Shown here one piece after another: positions 48,262 through 62,239 of a stretch of 64,000 nt of DNA. The first letter of the stretch is position 1, and every line of letters begins with the position of its first letter. Both the position numbers and the translations under genes were made by a program. Where the stretch lies: NCBI RefSeq assembly GCF_988243305.1, contig NZ_OZ547136.1; one strand, written 5' to 3'. The notes under the pieces are model-generated. The model ran no database searches, had not been told where the DNA came from, and was given only the letters and a program-made list of their open reading frames with translations.

Positions 48262-48597
48262 TTAATGCTCACGCGCATGGTTGATAGTGTAACGCGGGAT
48301 TTCGACCACTAAATCTTCGTCGGTAACGCGCGCCTGGCAGCTTAAACGGCTTTCCGGCTCCAGTCCCCAGGCTTTGTCCAGCATGTCGTCTTCCTGCTCT
48401 GAGCTTTCCGGCAGCGAGTCAAAACCTTCGCGAACGATGCAGTGGCAGGTGGTGCAAGCACAGGATTTTTCACAGGCGTGTTCAATCTCGATACCGTTAC
48501 GCAGCGCAACGTCGAGAATGGTTTCACCACTATTCGCTTCCAGAACAGCGCCATCAGGGCAGAGATCCTGATGAGGCAAAATAACAATCTTTGGCAT
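48262..48597 (-). CDS. fdx: [2Fe-2S] ferredoxin
   Basis: 111-aa ORF with adrenodoxin-type cysteine ligands ([12 protein letters not shown]). Confidence 0.95.
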
Positions 48598-48598
48598 A

Positions 48599-50449
48599 TT
48601 AAACCTCGTCCACGGAATGGCCTTTCAGCGCACGACGAACCGACTGGTCCATGCGGCGAGCGGCGAAATCCTGGGTTTGTTTGTCTACGTTTTTAATCGC
48701 TTGTTCGATAGCGTCAACATCATCGCCCTGCGCCACTTCACTCAGGTGAGCGGCAGCATCGTCAATGACCTGACGCTCTGCGGTGCTTAACAGCGCGGCA
48801 TCAGCAGCCAGCGCGCCGTGCAGACTTTCCAGCACACGCGCCGCTTCTACTTTTTGTTCTGCCAGCATACGGGCTTTTACGTCCTGCTCGGCATAGCTCA
48901 TTGAGTCTTTGATCATCGAAGCGATTTCGCTATCGGTCAGACCATAAGACGGTTTGACCTGAATAGACGCCTCAACGCCGGTGGATTTCTCCATCGCCGT
49001 CACGCTCAAAAGACCGTCGGCATCGACCTGGAACGTTACGCGAATATGCGCGCCGCCAGCCGGTAGCGCCGGGATACCACGCAGTGCAAAACGCGCCAGC
49101 GAGCGGCAGTCCTGCACCAGTTCACGTTCACCCTGCATCACATGGATAGACATTGCCGTCTGACCATCTTTAAAGGTGGTGAAATCCTGGGCGCGGGCCA
49201 CCGGAATCGTGGTATTACGCGGGATCACTTTCTCCACCAGGCCGCCCATGGTCTCGAGGCCCAGCGACAGTGGGATCACATCAAGCAGCAGCATTTCGCT
49301 GTCCGGCTTGTTACCCACCAGAATATCCGCCTGAATCGCCGCGCCAATAGCGACGACTTTATCCGGGTCGATAGAAGTCAGCGGTGGACGACCGAAAAAT
49401 TCGCCCACCCGTTCACGCACCAGCGGCACGCGGGTAGAACCGCCAACCATCACCACTTCCAGCACTTCATCAGCTTCTACACCCGCGTCTTTCAGCGCGC
49501 GACGACAAGCCAGTAAGGTTCGTTTTACCAGTGGCGCGATCAGTTCATTGAATTGTTCACGGCTGATTTCGCCCTGCCAGCCCGCAACGTTAACGGTCAC
49601 GGAGTCCGCATCGCTCAGCGCGATTTTGGCTGCAATGGCGGCATCCAGCAGTTCACGCTGAACGCGGTTATCGCTACGATCAGGAATGCCCGCCTGCTCG
49701 CGAATATAATCCGCCAGCAGATGGTCGAAATCATCGCCGCCGAGCGCGGAATCACCGCCGGTCGCCAGCACTTCAAACACGCCGCGACTTAAGCGCAGAA
49801 TGGAAATATCAAACGTCCCGCCGCCGAGGTCATAAACAGCGATCACGCCTTCCTGACCGGAATCCAGCCCGTAGGCGATAGCCGCAGCGGTCGGTTCGTT
49901 AAGTAAGCGCAGAACATGCAACCCCGCCAGACGCGCCGCGTCTTTGGTGCCCTGACGCTGGGCATCGTCAAAGTACGCCGGAACGGTGATAACGACACCA
50001 TCCAGCTCGCCTGCCAGGGCTTCAGTTGCCCGCGCCGCCAGTGCTTTGAGGATGTCCGCAGAAACGCGCACCGGGTTCAGCAGCCCCGCCGCCGTTTCAA
50101 TCATCGGCAGGCCGTTTTCGCTGGCCTGGAATTGATAAGGCAGATGCGGATAGCGTTGCTGGATATCAGCCAGCGAGCGCCCCATCAGGCGTTTAACAGA
50201 ACTAATGGTGTTGGCGGTGTCAAGCGCTGCGTTAGTACGTGCGTCATAACCCACCGAATGCCCTTGCTGTTGATAGTGAACAACAGACGGCAGCAGGTGA
50301 CGGCCTTCATGGTCGGCTAACGTTTCGGCCTGACCGCTGCGCACTGTCGCCACCAGCGAGTTGGTTGTGCCTAGGTCAATACCGGCCGCCAGACGACGCT
50401 GATGCGGCGCAGCACTCAAACCAGGTTCACTAATTTGTAATAAGGCCAT
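48599..50449 (-). CDS. hscA: Fe-S cluster assembly chaperone HscA (Hsp70 family)
   Basis: 616 aa from the ATG at 50449 ([10 protein letters not shown]...[12 protein letters not shown]); the track ORF extends 18 codons upstream to 50503, across the hscB stop. Confidence 0.95.
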   Translation of the reverse strand: MALLQISEPGLSAAPHQRRLAAGIDLGTTNSLVATVRSGQAETLADHEGRHLLPSVVHYQQQGHSVGYDARTNAALDTANTISSVKRLMGRSLADIQQRYPHLPYQFQASENGLPMIETAAGLLNPVRVSADILKALAARATEALAGELDGVVITVPAYFDDAQRQGTKDAARLAGLHVLRLLNEPTAAAIAYGLDSGQEGVIAVYDLGGGTFDISILRLSRGVFEVLATGGDSALGGDDFDHLLADYIREQAGIPDRSDNRVQRELLDAAIAAKIALSDADSVTVNVAGWQGEISREQFNELIAPLVKRTLLACRRALKDAGVEADEVLEVVMVGGSTRVPLVRERVGEFFGRPPLTSIDPDKVVAIGAAIQADILVGNKPDSEMLLLDVIPLSLGLETMGGLVEKVIPRNTTIPVARAQDFTTFKDGQTAMSIHVMQGERELVQDCRSLARFALRGIPALPAGGAHIRVTFQVDADGLLSVTAMEKSTGVEASIQVKPSYGLTDSEIASMIKDSMSYAEQDVKARMLAEQKVEAARVLESLHGALAADAALLSTAERQVIDDAAAHLSEVAQGDDVDAIEQAIKNVDKQTQDFAARRMDQSVRRALKGHSVDEV

Positions 50450-50465
50450 GTTTAGCTTCCAGAAA

Positions 50466-50981
50466 TTAAAAATCGAGCAGTTTTTCTTCGAGTTGTTCGG
50501 CACTGCTTCGCAGTTTATCGAGAAAACGCAGCTTACGCACGGTATCCGCCGCCGCGTCCCACGTCTCGTTGTCTAACTGTTCAACCATCAACTGATGGCG
50601 GGTATCAAACATCTTTTTCACACGTTTGATAAAGCTTTCCAGCCGCGCTTCATCTTTCGCCTGTTCGATCTCGTCCAGTTCTTCGCGCAGCTCCAGCTGT
50701 TCCATCAGGAACGCGGTATCGCGCACAGTATGCTGCTCGCTGGCGAGATCAAAACCGTGCAAAGAAAGCAAATATTCCGCGCGCATTAACGGATGACGCA
50801 GCGTTTGCCAGGCCTGGTTAATGGTTGCAGATTGCTGTACGGCGGCGAGTTGTTCCGCCTGGCTTCCGCTGGCGAATTTATCAGGATGATACTGACGTTG
50901 TAGATCCTGAAAACGCAGGCTCAGCGCCTGGGTATCGAGTTGATAACGGGCAGGCAAGCCAAAGAGGGTGAAGTAATCCAT
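50466..50981 (-). CDS. hscB: co-chaperone HscB (J-domain)
   Basis: 171-aa [39 protein letters not shown] containing the HPD motif. Confidence 0.95.
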   Translation of the reverse strand: MDYFTLFGLPARYQLDTQALSLRFQDLQRQYHPDKFASGSQAEQLAAVQQSATINQAWQTLRHPLMRAEYLLSLHGFDLASEQHTVRDTAFLMEQLELREELDEIEQAKDEARLESFIKRVKKMFDTRHQLMVEQLDNETWDAAADTVRKLRFLDKLRSSAEQLEEKLLDF

Positions 50982-51076
50982 AACATTCTCAGGGCTGCGA
51001 TCCGCCGCGATAACGGCGAATCAGGTAAAACAAACCCCACGCGCAGGCGACCACGGTGGGGTTATCGGTATGCGCA

Positions 51077-51400
51077 TCAAACGTGGAAGCTTTCGCCGCA
51101 ACCACACTCATCTTTAACGTTCGGGTTGGTGAATTTAAACCCTTCGTTCAGGCCTTCTTTTACGAAGTCCAGCTGCGTACCGTCCAGAAATTGCAGGCTT
51201 TTGCCATCGACCACGACTTTCACGCCTTTGTCTTCAAACACGATGTCTTCCGGCGTCGGTTCGTCAACAAATTCCAGTACATAAGCCATACCTGAACATC
51301 CGGAGGTTCTCACGCCCAGACGCAGGCCAAACCCTTTGCCACGGTTAGCCAGAAAGGTATTTACTCGCGCTGCTGCACTGTCGCTCAGTGTAATCGACAT
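51077..51400 (-). CDS. iscA: Fe-S cluster insertion protein IscA
   Basis: 107 aa from the ATG at 51400 ([13 protein letters not shown]...), C-terminal CGCGESF; the track ORF starts 2 codons upstream. Confidence 0.95.
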   Translation of the reverse strand: MSITLSDSAAARVNTFLANRGKGFGLRLGVRTSGCSGMAYVLEFVDEPTPEDIVFEDKGVKVVVDGKSLQFLDGTQLDFVKEGLNEGFKFTNPNVKDECGCGESFHV

Positions 51401-51416
51401 AACCAAACCTCAACTC

Positions 51417-51803
51417 TTATTTTGCTTCACGTTTGCTTTTATAGTCCGCAATGGCGGCTTTGATCGCGTCTTCTGCCAGAATAGAACAGTGAATTTTCAC
51501 TGGCGGCAGTTCAAGTTCTTCAGCAATATCGGTGTTTTTGATCGCCTGCGCTTCGTCGAGAGACTTCCCTTTCACCCATTCGGTGACCAGGGAGCTGGAA
51601 GCGATAGCAGAACCGCAGCCGTAAGTTTTAAAACGCGCGTCTTCAATGATACCTTCATCGTTGACTTTAATCTGCAACTTCATCACATCGCCACATGCCG
51701 GTGCACCCACCATGCCGCTGCCGACGTTCTCGTCGTTGTTGTCAAAGGAACCCACGTTACGCGGATTCTCGTAATGGTCGATAACTTTTTCGCTGTAAGC
51801 CAT
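51417..51803 (-). CDS. iscU: Fe-S cluster scaffold protein IscU
   Basis: 128-aa ORF MAYSEKVIDHYENPRNVGSF...GAPACGDVMKLQIKV. Confidence 0.97.
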   Translation of the reverse strand: MAYSEKVIDHYENPRNVGSFDNNDENVGSGMVGAPACGDVMKLQIKVNDEGIIEDARFKTYGCGSAIASSSLVTEWVKGKSLDEAQAIKNTDIAEELELPPVKIHCSILAEDAIKAAIADYKSKREAK

Positions 51804-51830
51804 TATAAATTCTCCTGATTCCGATACCGA

Positions 51831-53045
51831 TTAATGATGAGCCCATTCGATGCTGTTCAGATCCACGCCCTGCTTGTACATTTCCCACAGCGGAGAAAGG
51901 TCACGCAGACGACCGATGGATTTACGAACTAACTCGATGGTGTAGTCGATCTCTTCTTCAGTAGTAAAACGACCTAAAGAGAAACGGATAGAGCTATGTG
52001 CCAGCTCGTCGTTCAGCCCCAGCGCGCGCAGCACGTAGGACGGTTCGAGGCTTGCCGACGTACAGGCGGAGCCGGAAGAAACCGCGAGGTCTTTCAGCGC
52101 CATAATCAGCGACTCACCTTCAACGTAGTTGAAGCTGACGTTGAGAATGTTCGGCGCACCGTGTTCCAGGTCACCGTTCAGGTAAACTTCTTCGATATCT
52201 TTGATGCCGTTCCACAGACGGTTACGCAGGCCGCGCAGACGTTCCATCTCGGTCGCCATCTCTTCTTTTGCGATGCGATAGGCTTCGCCCATACCGACGA
52301 TCTGGTGAACAGGCAGAGTGCCGGAACGCATACCGCGCTCGTGACCGCCGCCGTGCATTTGCGCTTCGATGCGTACGCGCGGTTTACGACGCACATATAG
52401 CGCACCGATACCTTTCGGGCCATAGATTTTGTGACCGGAGAAAGACATCAGGTCAACTTTCAACTGGCTCAGGTCGATAGGCAGTTTGCCCACGCTCTGG
52501 GTTGCATCAACGTGATAGATAATGCCACGAGCACGGCACATTTCGCCGATAGCCGCGATATCCTGCACCACGCCGATTTCGTTATTCACGTGCATGATAG
52601 AAACGAGGATGGTGTCGTCACGCATCGCTGCTTCAAGTTCTTTCAGGTCGATAATACCGTTACGCTGCGGTGCCAGGTAGGTGACTTCGAAACCTTCGCG
52701 CTCCAGCTGACGGCAGGTATCCAGTACCGCTTTGTGTTCGGTTTTACTGGTGATGATGTGCTTGCCTTTTTTCTGATAAAAGTTGGCTGCACCTTTGATC
52801 GCCAGGTTGTCAGATTCGGTTGCACCAGAGGTAAAGACGATTTCACGCGGGTCAGCGCCGACCAGATCGGCAATCTGATTACGGGCGATATCAACCGCTT
52901 CTTCAGCCTGCCAGCCGAAACGGTGAGAACGGGAGGCCGGGTTACCAAAGGTTCCGTCCATCGTCATAAACTGCATCATTTTCTCGGCAACACGCGGGTC
53001 CACCGGCGTGGTTGCGGAGTAGTCGAGATAAATCGGTAATTTCAT
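51831..53045 (-). CDS. iscS: cysteine desulfurase IscS
   Basis: 404 aa from the ATG at 53045 ([19 protein letters not shown]); PLP-lysine region [12 protein letters not shown] and active-site SSGSACTS. The track ORF has an 8-codon upstream extension. Confidence 0.96.
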
Positions 53046-53156
53046 TGCTCTATAAACTCCGTACATCACTCAATGCAAGGAACCAGGCTACCGGCTGGAT
53101 GTACGACCGTGTTTACGGAGTGTTAAACACTCCGGCCTGATTCTGAATACTTTTTA

Positions 53157-53645
53157 TTAAGCGCGTAACTTAACGTCGATCGCGTCTTGTGTGCGGGGGC
53201 GTGGCGCGTCGTGAGCATGCTGACGACCAGACACATCCAGCACTTCCTGGTTATTAACCAGTTCGCCTAAAGTAATGTTGTTGAGAAAACCGGTGAGACG
53301 GTCGCTCAAATCACGCCACAGCGCGTGGGTCAGGCATTTATCGCCGCCCTGGCAGCCGCCTTTACCCTGACAACGGGTGGCATCTACAGATTCGTCAACG
53401 GCGCTAATCACTTCGCCAACGGCGATGCTGCTGGCATCTTTGCCTAACAGATAACCACCGCCTGGTCCACGTACGCTGGAAACCAGACCATTTTTACGCA
53501 GACGGGAAAACAGTTGTTCCAGATAAGAAAGGGAAATTCCCTGACGTTCGGAAATATCAGCCAACGGTACCGGGCCCGCTTCAGAGTTGAGCGCAACGTC
53601 AAGCATTGCGGTCACGGCATAGCGCCCTTTAGATGTCAGTCTCAT
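53157..53645 (-). CDS. iscR: Fe-S cluster regulator IscR (Rrf2 family)
   Basis: 162-aa [49 protein letters not shown], with the expected cluster-ligating cysteines. Confidence 0.96.
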   Translation of the reverse strand: MRLTSKGRYAVTAMLDVALNSEAGPVPLADISERQGISLSYLEQLFSRLRKNGLVSSVRGPGGGYLLGKDASSIAVGEVISAVDESVDATRCQGKGGCQGGDKCLTHALWRDLSDRLTGFLNNITLGELVNNQEVLDVSGRQHAHDAPRPRTQDAIDVKLRA

Positions 53646-53790
53646 GTCTTACTTCACCTCAAACTCGCCCCTGCCCGGGGTTTTTTATTGTAAAAGTGGG
53701 GGTATTGCATAGCAGGGTCAAGTCTGACATTCCCGAGTAAATTGGTCAACTATTTACTTGACTGATTTAGTCGGGTATTTAACCTTCAGT
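53646..53790 (-). promoter_or_regulatory. isc operon promoter/operator region upstream of iscR
   Basis: Non-coding region immediately 5' of iscR on the minus strand; the isc promoter and autoregulatory IscR sites are expected here from established knowledge. Individual sites were not resolved by eye. Confidence 0.4.
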
Positions 53791-53814
53791 GCCATTTTTT
53801 TATCGTGGCGTTTG

Positions 53815-53910
<96 letters not shown>

Positions 53911-53914
53911 ACTA

Positions 53915-54655
53915 TTATTCGGCCTTGTTACCTTTATTCTGCTGCTCTATAGAAGCCAGAATCCCGCGCAGGATATTCAATTCCTGGCTTTCCGGGCGCG
54001 CACGGGTAAACAGACGGCGCAATTTATTCATCACCTGCCCCGGATGGTTTTCACGAATAAAACCGGTTGCCAGCAGCGTTTGTTCCAGATGACCATAAAA
54101 ACGCTCCAGATCATCGACCAGCGGATACGGCGTCTCTTCATGCTCGACCTGCTCACCATTTTCCTGAGTTGCCAGCCAGGCCATGCGCACTTCATAGGCA
54201 ATAACCTGAACCGCCATCGCCAGATTCAGCGAACTGTATTCCGGGTTAGCGGCAATCGCGACATGATAATGGCATTTCTGCAACTCTTCATTGGTCAAGC
54301 CGACGCGCTCGCGACCAAAAACCAGCGCCACCGGGGTATTTGCCGCTTCAGCGACGCTTTTCAGACCGCATTCGCGCGGGTCGAGCATCGGCCACGGCAG
54401 CGTGCGGGAGCGTGCGCTGGTACCCACCACCAGGCTACAACCGGCTAACGCTTCGTCGAGCGTATCGACGATTTGAGCATTACCAATCACATCGCTGGCC
54501 CCTGCTGCCAGGGCAATCGCCTGGGAGTCAGGTTTCACCAGTGGATTAACCAGCCACAGATTGGTTAATCCCATTGTTTTCATGGCACGGGCAACAGAAC
54601 CCATATTGCCGGTGTGTGACGTCTCCACCAGCACAATTCGAATATTTTGCAGCAT
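53915..54655 (-). CDS. trmJ: tRNA (cytidine/uridine-2'-O)-methyltransferase TrmJ (SpoU family)
   Basis: 246-aa [39 protein letters not shown]. Confidence 0.95.
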   Translation of the reverse strand: MLQNIRIVLVETSHTGNMGSVARAMKTMGLTNLWLVNPLVKPDSQAIALAAGASDVIGNAQIVDTLDEALAGCSLVVGTSARSRTLPWPMLDPRECGLKSVAEAANTPVALVFGRERVGLTNEELQKCHYHVAIAANPEYSSLNLAMAVQVIAYEVRMAWLATQENGEQVEHEETPYPLVDDLERFYGHLEQTLLATGFIRENHPGQVMNKLRRLFTRARPESQELNILRGILASIEQQNKGNKAE

Positions 54656-54773
54656 TGTCTTTCTTCGTCTAAAGATTATTCGCGCATCTTATCATAAAAC
54701 GAAGACAGATGCCGATCTCGCTGCTATACTCTGCGCCGTTTTCCCGTTCTTTAACATCCAGTGAGAGAGACCG

Positions 54774-55577
54774 ATGCATCCGATGCTGAACATCGCCGTG
54801 CGCGCAGCGCGCAAGGCGGGTAATTTAATTGCCAAAAACTATGAAACCCCGGACGCTGTAGAAGCGAGCCAGAAAGGCAGTAACGACTTCGTGACCAACG
54901 TAGATAAAGCTGCCGAAGCGGTGATTATCGACACGATTCGTAAATCTTACCCACAGCACACCATCATCACCGAAGAAAGCGGTGAACTTGAAGGTACTGA
55001 TCAGGATGTTCAATGGGTTATCGATCCACTGGATGGCACTACCAACTTTATCAAACGTCTGCCGCACTTCGCGGTATCTATCGCCGTTCGTATCAAAGGC
55101 CGCACTGAAGTTGCTGTGGTTTACGATCCTATGCGTAACGAACTGTTCACCGCCACTCGCGGTCAGGGCGCACAGCTGAACGGCTACCGTCTGCGCGGCA
55201 GCACCGCTCGCGATCTCGACGGTACTATTCTGGCGACCGGCTTCCCGTTCAAAGCAAAACAGTACGCCACCACCTACATCAACATCGTCGGCAAACTGTT
55301 CAACGAATGCGCTGACTTCCGTCGTACCGGTTCTGCGGCGCTGGATCTGGCTTACGTTGCTGCGGGTCGCGTTGACGGTTTCTTTGAAATCGGTCTGCGT
55401 CCGTGGGATTTCGCCGCAGGCGAGCTGCTGGTTCGTGAAGCGGGCGGCATCGTCAGCGACTTCACCGGTGGTCATAACTACATGCTGACCGGTAACATCG
55501 TTGCTGGTAACCCGCGCGTTGTTAAAGCCATGCTGGCGAATATGCGTGACGAGTTAAGCGACGCCCTGAAGCGTTAA
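54774..55577 (+). CDS. suhB: inositol monophosphatase SuhB
   Basis: 267-aa ORF MHPMLNIAVRAARKAGNLIAKNYE with the IMPase motif WVIDPLDGT. Confidence 0.96.
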   Translation: MHPMLNIAVRAARKAGNLIAKNYETPDAVEASQKGSNDFVTNVDKAAEAVIIDTIRKSYPQHTIITEESGELEGTDQDVQWVIDPLDGTTNFIKRLPHFAVSIAVRIKGRTEVAVVYDPMRNELFTATRGQGAQLNGYRLRGSTARDLDGTILATGFPFKAKQYATTYINIVGKLFNECADFRRTGSAALDLAYVAAGRVDGFFEIGLRPWDFAAGELLVREAGGIVSDFTGGHNYMLTGNIVAGNPRVVKAMLANMRDELSDALKR

Positions 55578-55721
55578 TGACTCTGGCGGGTGATGTCACT
55601 CACCCGCCCTCGCCTTTCAGGCGCTATTCCGAAATACTTCCTCACCGCTTTACTTTCTTTCGCCACTCTCCCACCATCTTTCCCCGATTAATGGATGATA
55701 AAGAAGTCGCAAGGAAAGGTT

Positions 55722-56576
55722 ATGGCGCTGCCAGTGAACAAACGCGTTCTCAAAATTCTGTTTATTCTCTTTGTTGTTGCCTTCTGCATTTATTTAATAC
55801 CGCGCATCGCCATCAATTTTTTCTATTACCCTGACGACAAAATCTACGGTCCCGAACCCTGGTCGGCGGAATCCGTCGAATTTACGGCTAAGGACGGTAC
55901 TCATCTGCAAGGCTGGTTTATCCCTTCTTCGACGGGCCCTGCTGATAACGCCATTGCCACCATTATTCATGCTCACGGCAATGCCGGAAATATGTCCGCC
56001 CACTGGCCGCTGGTCAGTTGGTTACCCGAACGTAATTTCAATGTTTTTATGTTTGATTATCGTGGATTCGGTAAATCAAAAGGAAAACCTTCTCAGGCAG
56101 GGTTATTAGACGATACGCAAAGCGCCATCAATGTGGTGCGCCATCGCAGTGATGTAAACCCACAACGGCTGGTGCTGTTCGGGCAGAGTATTGGCGGGGC
56201 GAATATTCTTGATGTTATTGGTCAGGGTGATCGTGAAGGCATACGTGCGGTGATCCTCGACTCCACATTTGCCTCTTATGCGACCATCGCCAACCAGATG
56301 ATTCCCGGCAGTGGCTACTTACTTGATGAGAGTTACAGCGGCGAAAATTACATCGCCAGCGTCAGCCCGATCCCGCTTTTACTGATTCACGGTAAAGCTG
56401 ATCACGTTATCCCATGGCAGCACAGCGAAAAGTTGTATAGCCTGGCAAAAGAGCCAAAACGGTTGATCCTAATCCCGGATGGCGAACACATTGATGCTTT
56501 TTCCGATCGTCACGGCGATGTTTATCGCGAACAGATGGTGGATTTTATCCTTAGCGCGTTGAATCCGCAGAACTAA
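55722..56576 (+). CDS. yfhR: alpha/beta-hydrolase family protein YfhR
   Basis: The track ORF starts at 55695. The ATG at 55722 (MALPVNKRVLKILFILFVVAFCIYLI, signal/TM) is the more likely start. GQSIGG serine-hydrolase motif. Confidence 0.85.
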   Translation: MALPVNKRVLKILFILFVVAFCIYLIPRIAINFFYYPDDKIYGPEPWSAESVEFTAKDGTHLQGWFIPSSTGPADNAIATIIHAHGNAGNMSAHWPLVSWLPERNFNVFMFDYRGFGKSKGKPSQAGLLDDTQSAINVVRHRSDVNPQRLVLFGQSIGGANILDVIGQGDREGIRAVILDSTFASYATIANQMIPGSGYLLDESYSGENYIASVSPIPLLLIHGKADHVIPWQHSEKLYSLAKEPKRLILIPDGEHIDAFSDRHGDVYREQMVDFILSALNPQN

Positions 56577-56766
56577 CCCATGATCGCTAGCACGATAATC
56601 ATTCACAAAACTACCTTAAGACATGCTAATCCACTGGTCAGAACAGTTTAAGATGAGAAAAATTCTGTGACGCTTGCCAACATTTCTGATGATTAGCATT
56701 CCCTTCGCCATTTCCCTGAGCAAACTTTAGCTATTCTTATCAATTATGCTTATGGGAGATCTACAG

Positions 56767-58047
56767 ATGATGCCTACGCTTGCTCCACCATCTGTCCTTT
56801 CGGCTCCCCAGCGCCGCTGCCAGATCTTGCTGACACTCTTTCAGCCGGGGTTGACCGCCACCACGGCAACTTTCAGCGAGCTTAATGGTGTGGATGATGA
56901 TATTGCCAGTCTTGATATCAGCGAAACAGGACGGGAGATCCTGCGCTATCATCAACTCACACTGACTACTGGTTATGACGGTAGCTACCGGGTTGAAGGT
57001 ACAGAGCTTAACCAACGTTTGTGTTTATTTCACTGGCTACGACGTGGTTTCCGTCTGTGTCCGTCATTTATTACCAGCCATTTCACCCCCGCCCTGAAGA
57101 GTGAACTGAAGCGGCGCGGAATTGCGCGTAACTTTTACGACGATACCAATCTACAAGCGTTAGTGAATCTCTGCTCCCGACGGCTGCAAAAACGCTTTGA
57201 AACGCGCGATATTCATTTCCTGTGTCTGTATCTGCAATATTGTTTGCTGCAACACCACGCTGGAATTACGCCTCAGTTTAATCCGCTCCAACGTCGCTGG
57301 GCGGAATCCTGCCTTGAATTTCAGGTAGCGCAGGAAATTGGACGCCACTGGCAGCGTCGGGCGCTCCAGCCTGTACCGCCTGATGAGCCACTGTTTATGG
57401 CATTACTTTTTTCCATGTTGCGGGTTCCCGATCCACTGCGGGATGCGCATCAGCGGGACAGACAACTGCGTAAGTCTATCAAACGTCTGGTAAACCATTT
57501 TCGTGAGCTGGGAAATGTTCGTTTTTATGATGAACAGGGGTTATGCGATCAGCTTTATACCCACCTCGCCCAGGCGTTAAATCGCAGTTTGTTTGCCATC
57601 GGTATTGATAACACCCTGCCGGAAGAGTTCGCCCGCCTGTATCCACGCCTGGTGCGCACCACCCGCGCGGCGCTGGCCGGATTTGAAAGTGAATACGGCG
57701 TCCATCTTTCTGATGAGGAAAGCGGTCTGGTCGCGGTGATTTTTGGTGCCTGGCTAATGCAGGAAAACGACCTGCATGAGAAACAGATTATTCTACTGAC
57801 CGGGAATGATAGCGAGCGAGAAGCGCAGATTGAGCAGCAGCTACGCGAACTAACGTTACTGCCGCTCAACATTAAACATATGTCGGTAAAGGTATTTTTG
57901 CAGACAGGCGCTCCGCGCGGCGCGGCACTGATTATTGCGCCTTATACCATGCCGTTACCGCTCTTTTCACCACCGCTGATCTATACGGACCTGACGCTGA
58001 CAACACATCAACAGGAGCAGATCCGCAAAATGCTCGAATCAGCATGA
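56767..58047 (+). CDS. csiE: stationary-phase inducible protein CsiE (PRD-like domains)
   Basis: 426 aa from the ATG at 56767 (MMPTLAPPSVLSAPQRRCQILLTLF); the track ORF begins 7 codons upstream. Confidence 0.9.
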   Translation: MMPTLAPPSVLSAPQRRCQILLTLFQPGLTATTATFSELNGVDDDIASLDISETGREILRYHQLTLTTGYDGSYRVEGTELNQRLCLFHWLRRGFRLCPSFITSHFTPALKSELKRRGIARNFYDDTNLQALVNLCSRRLQKRFETRDIHFLCLYLQYCLLQHHAGITPQFNPLQRRWAESCLEFQVAQEIGRHWQRRALQPVPPDEPLFMALLFSMLRVPDPLRDAHQRDRQLRKSIKRLVNHFRELGNVRFYDEQGLCDQLYTHLAQALNRSLFAIGIDNTLPEEFARLYPRLVRTTRAALAGFESEYGVHLSDEESGLVAVIFGAWLMQENDLHEKQIILLTGNDSEREAQIEQQLRELTLLPLNIKHMSVKVFLQTGAPRGAALIIAPYTMPLPLFSPPLIYTDLTLTTHQQEQIRKMLESA

Positions 58048-59178
58048 GGGAACAACTTTCGGGCGCAAAAACATTGCCGGAAGCGCCACCAGCGCCATCA
58101 CCCAGAACACGCCGTGACCCAGATATTGATACAGGAAACCGGCGAAAACGGTCATGATCGCGATACTGCCGCCCATCGCGACGGCAGAGTAAACCGCCTG
58201 TAAACGGATGACTTCGCTACCCTGGCGAGCGGCAATATAGCGCATGGCGGCCAGGTGGCAGACCGTGAAGGTGCCGCAATGCAGAATTTGCACCACTATC
58301 AACCACGGCAACGCCGTCGTTGCTCCCATAATGCCCCAGCGCACTACGCCGCAAATCGCCGAGATCAACAGCATATCGCGTGCACTACAACGGCGGAAAA
58401 GTTTATTACTCAGCGCAAAGATAATGACTTCCGCCACGACGCCCAGCGACCACAAATAGCCCACCGCCGAAGCCGAGTAGCCAGCGGCCTGCCAGTAAAT
58501 GGCGCTAAAACCGTAATAGGCCGCATGCGCCCCCTGCAATAAACAAACGCAGGCCAGAAAGCGCCAGTTCTGGCGAACCAACGCCAACCACGCAGACCAA
58601 CCGGTGCTCTCCTGCTGGCGGCTTGCCCCTTGTGGCTGAATCGTCGGACGGATGAGAAAGCCGAGCAGCATGGATGCCACGCCCAACGTCAACAGCGCGA
58701 GGATCACCCGATAATCAAACATACTGACCAGTTTGCCCGTCAGCGCCGAGCCAATGACAAACGCCACCGAGCCCCACAATCGCACTTTGCCGTAATCAAG
58801 CGGGAACTGCTTTTGCCACGTATTCGCCAGTGCATCGGTCAACGGTACCAGCGGTGAGAAAAAGAGGTTAAAGCCAATCATCACCAGCATCAGCCACGCT
58901 ACGTGCGCCCCCGCCCAGAAGGCGACAGCAAAGAGAAGTGTCAGCAGTGCCAGCACGCGCAAGGCGGAAATCAGGCGAGAAGGATCGCTGACGCGGGGCG
59001 CGATGAGCAAACTCCCGAGAAAACGGGCAACCAGACCTGCCCCCAATAACAGGCCGATGGTTTCTGGCGTTAAGCCAATCCCCTTAAGCCAGACGCTCCA
59101 GAAAGGTAGAAAAATGCCGTAACTAAAAAAGTATGTGAAATAGCCGAGCGCCAACCAGCGCGTGGATTGCAAAACCAT
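58039..59178 (-). CDS. hcaT: MFS transporter HcaT (putative 3-phenylpropionate transporter)
   Basis: 379-aa polytopic membrane ORF MVLQSTRWLALGYFTYFFSYGIFLPFWSVWLKG; its 3' end overlaps the csiE 3' end by 9 bp. Confidence 0.93.
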   Translation of the reverse strand: MVLQSTRWLALGYFTYFFSYGIFLPFWSVWLKGIGLTPETIGLLLGAGLVARFLGSLLIAPRVSDPSRLISALRVLALLTLLFAVAFWAGAHVAWLMLVMIGFNLFFSPLVPLTDALANTWQKQFPLDYGKVRLWGSVAFVIGSALTGKLVSMFDYRVILALLTLGVASMLLGFLIRPTIQPQGASRQQESTGWSAWLALVRQNWRFLACVCLLQGAHAAYYGFSAIYWQAAGYSASAVGYLWSLGVVAEVIIFALSNKLFRRCSARDMLLISAICGVVRWGIMGATTALPWLIVVQILHCGTFTVCHLAAMRYIAARQGSEVIRLQAVYSAVAMGGSIAIMTVFAGFLYQYLGHGVFWVMALVALPAMFLRPKVVPSC

Positions 59179-59337
59179 GAGTCCCTCCCGTCAGGAGGCG
59201 TTAGTCTGGAGTTAATCGAATGTTGGTGCAAGTTGAAAAATAAGAATATTCGAGCCTGCTTCCCGATGTCTGTAACGCCAGTTCACAAGCACTCAAAAAC
59301 TGCGATCCGCGACGCATGTTGCAAAAATAATGCGTAA

Positions 59338-60228
59338 TTATGCCGTTACGCTTGCCAAACGTTCCTGCACAATGACGATGAAATCGCGTAATGCCGGCTT
59401 CATCTCCCCTTTCTTCCACGCCATCAGTAAAGCAATGGAAGGCACATTTCCGGCAATGGGTCGAAATACCACCTGGCCGGTATTAAAATTATTCATATAA
59501 CCGGGTATCAAAGTGACGCCCAGCCCCATCCCCACCAGATTCATGGTCACCAGAATATTCGTTGCCACCTGGACGATATTTGGCTGGCTGTTTTCTTGCG
59601 CAAACCACGCTTTAACGATCGGCGCAAGCGAACCGGAATACGCTGGATCAGTACTGACGAAATTCACGCCATCCAGTTGCGCGGCAGTGATCTCTTTTTC
59701 ATGTGCTAAAGGGTGATCAACCGGTAACACCACCACTAATGGTTCGTCAAAAAGCTCCAGATAATCAATCTCCGGGCTATAAACAGGATGGCGCATTAAG
59801 CCGACGTCGAGTTCACCACGGCGAATTTTTTCTTCCTGTTCCGTGGTGATTAAACTCACCAGCTCAATTAAGGTGTCTGGCTGTCTGAGACGAAACATCG
59901 GTAATACTTTTGGCAGTAAATTCACTTCCGCCGATGGCACAAAGCCAATGGTTAATTGTCTGTCTTCCTGAACAATTTTCCGCGCCCGTAATTTGGCATT
60001 TTCCGCTTGTTCGAGGATTGCCAGCGCGTCCTGGAGAAAACATTCTCCCGCCGCCGTCAACGCGACTTTGCGCTTATCCCTCACCAGCAACGGAACACCG
60101 ATACAGTTTTCAAGATCGCGGATCTGGCTGCTTAACGAAGGCTGTGAGGTATGCAGTTTTTCCGCCGCACGGGTAAAGTTCAGTGCCTGCGCCACTGCGA
60201 CGAAATAGCGTAAATGTCGTAGTTCCAT
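59338..60228 (-). CDS. hcaR: LysR-type transcriptional activator HcaR
   Basis: 296 aa from the ATG at 60228 (MELRHLRYFVAVAQALNFTRAAEKLHTSQPSLSSQIRDLE, HTH); the track ORF extends 31 codons upstream. Confidence 0.93.
   Translation of the reverse strand: MELRHLRYFVAVAQALNFTRAAEKLHTSQPSLSSQIRDLENCIGVPLLVRDKRKVALTAAGECFLQDALAILEQAENAKLRARKIVQEDRQLTIGFVPSAEVNLLPKVLPMFRLRQPDTLIELVSLITTEQEEKIRRGELDVGLMRHPVYSPEIDYLELFDEPLVVVLPVDHPLAHEKEITAAQLDGVNFVSTDPAYSGSLAPIVKAWFAQENSQPNIVQVATNILVTMNLVGMGLGVTLIPGYMNNFNTGQVVFRPIAGNVPSIALLMAWKKGEMKPALRDFIVIVQERLASVTA

Positions 60229-62239
<2,011 letters not shown>

Noticed and set aside
52431-53039. 202-aa plus-strand ORF opposite iscS
   Set aside because: Antisense to iscS; shadow ORF.
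54825-55475. 216-aa minus-strand ORF opposite suhB
   Set aside because: Antisense to the well-recognised suhB gene; shadow ORF.
56761-57015. 84-aa minus-strand ORF at the csiE 5' end
   Set aside because: Antisense to csiE and spanning its start; shadow ORF.
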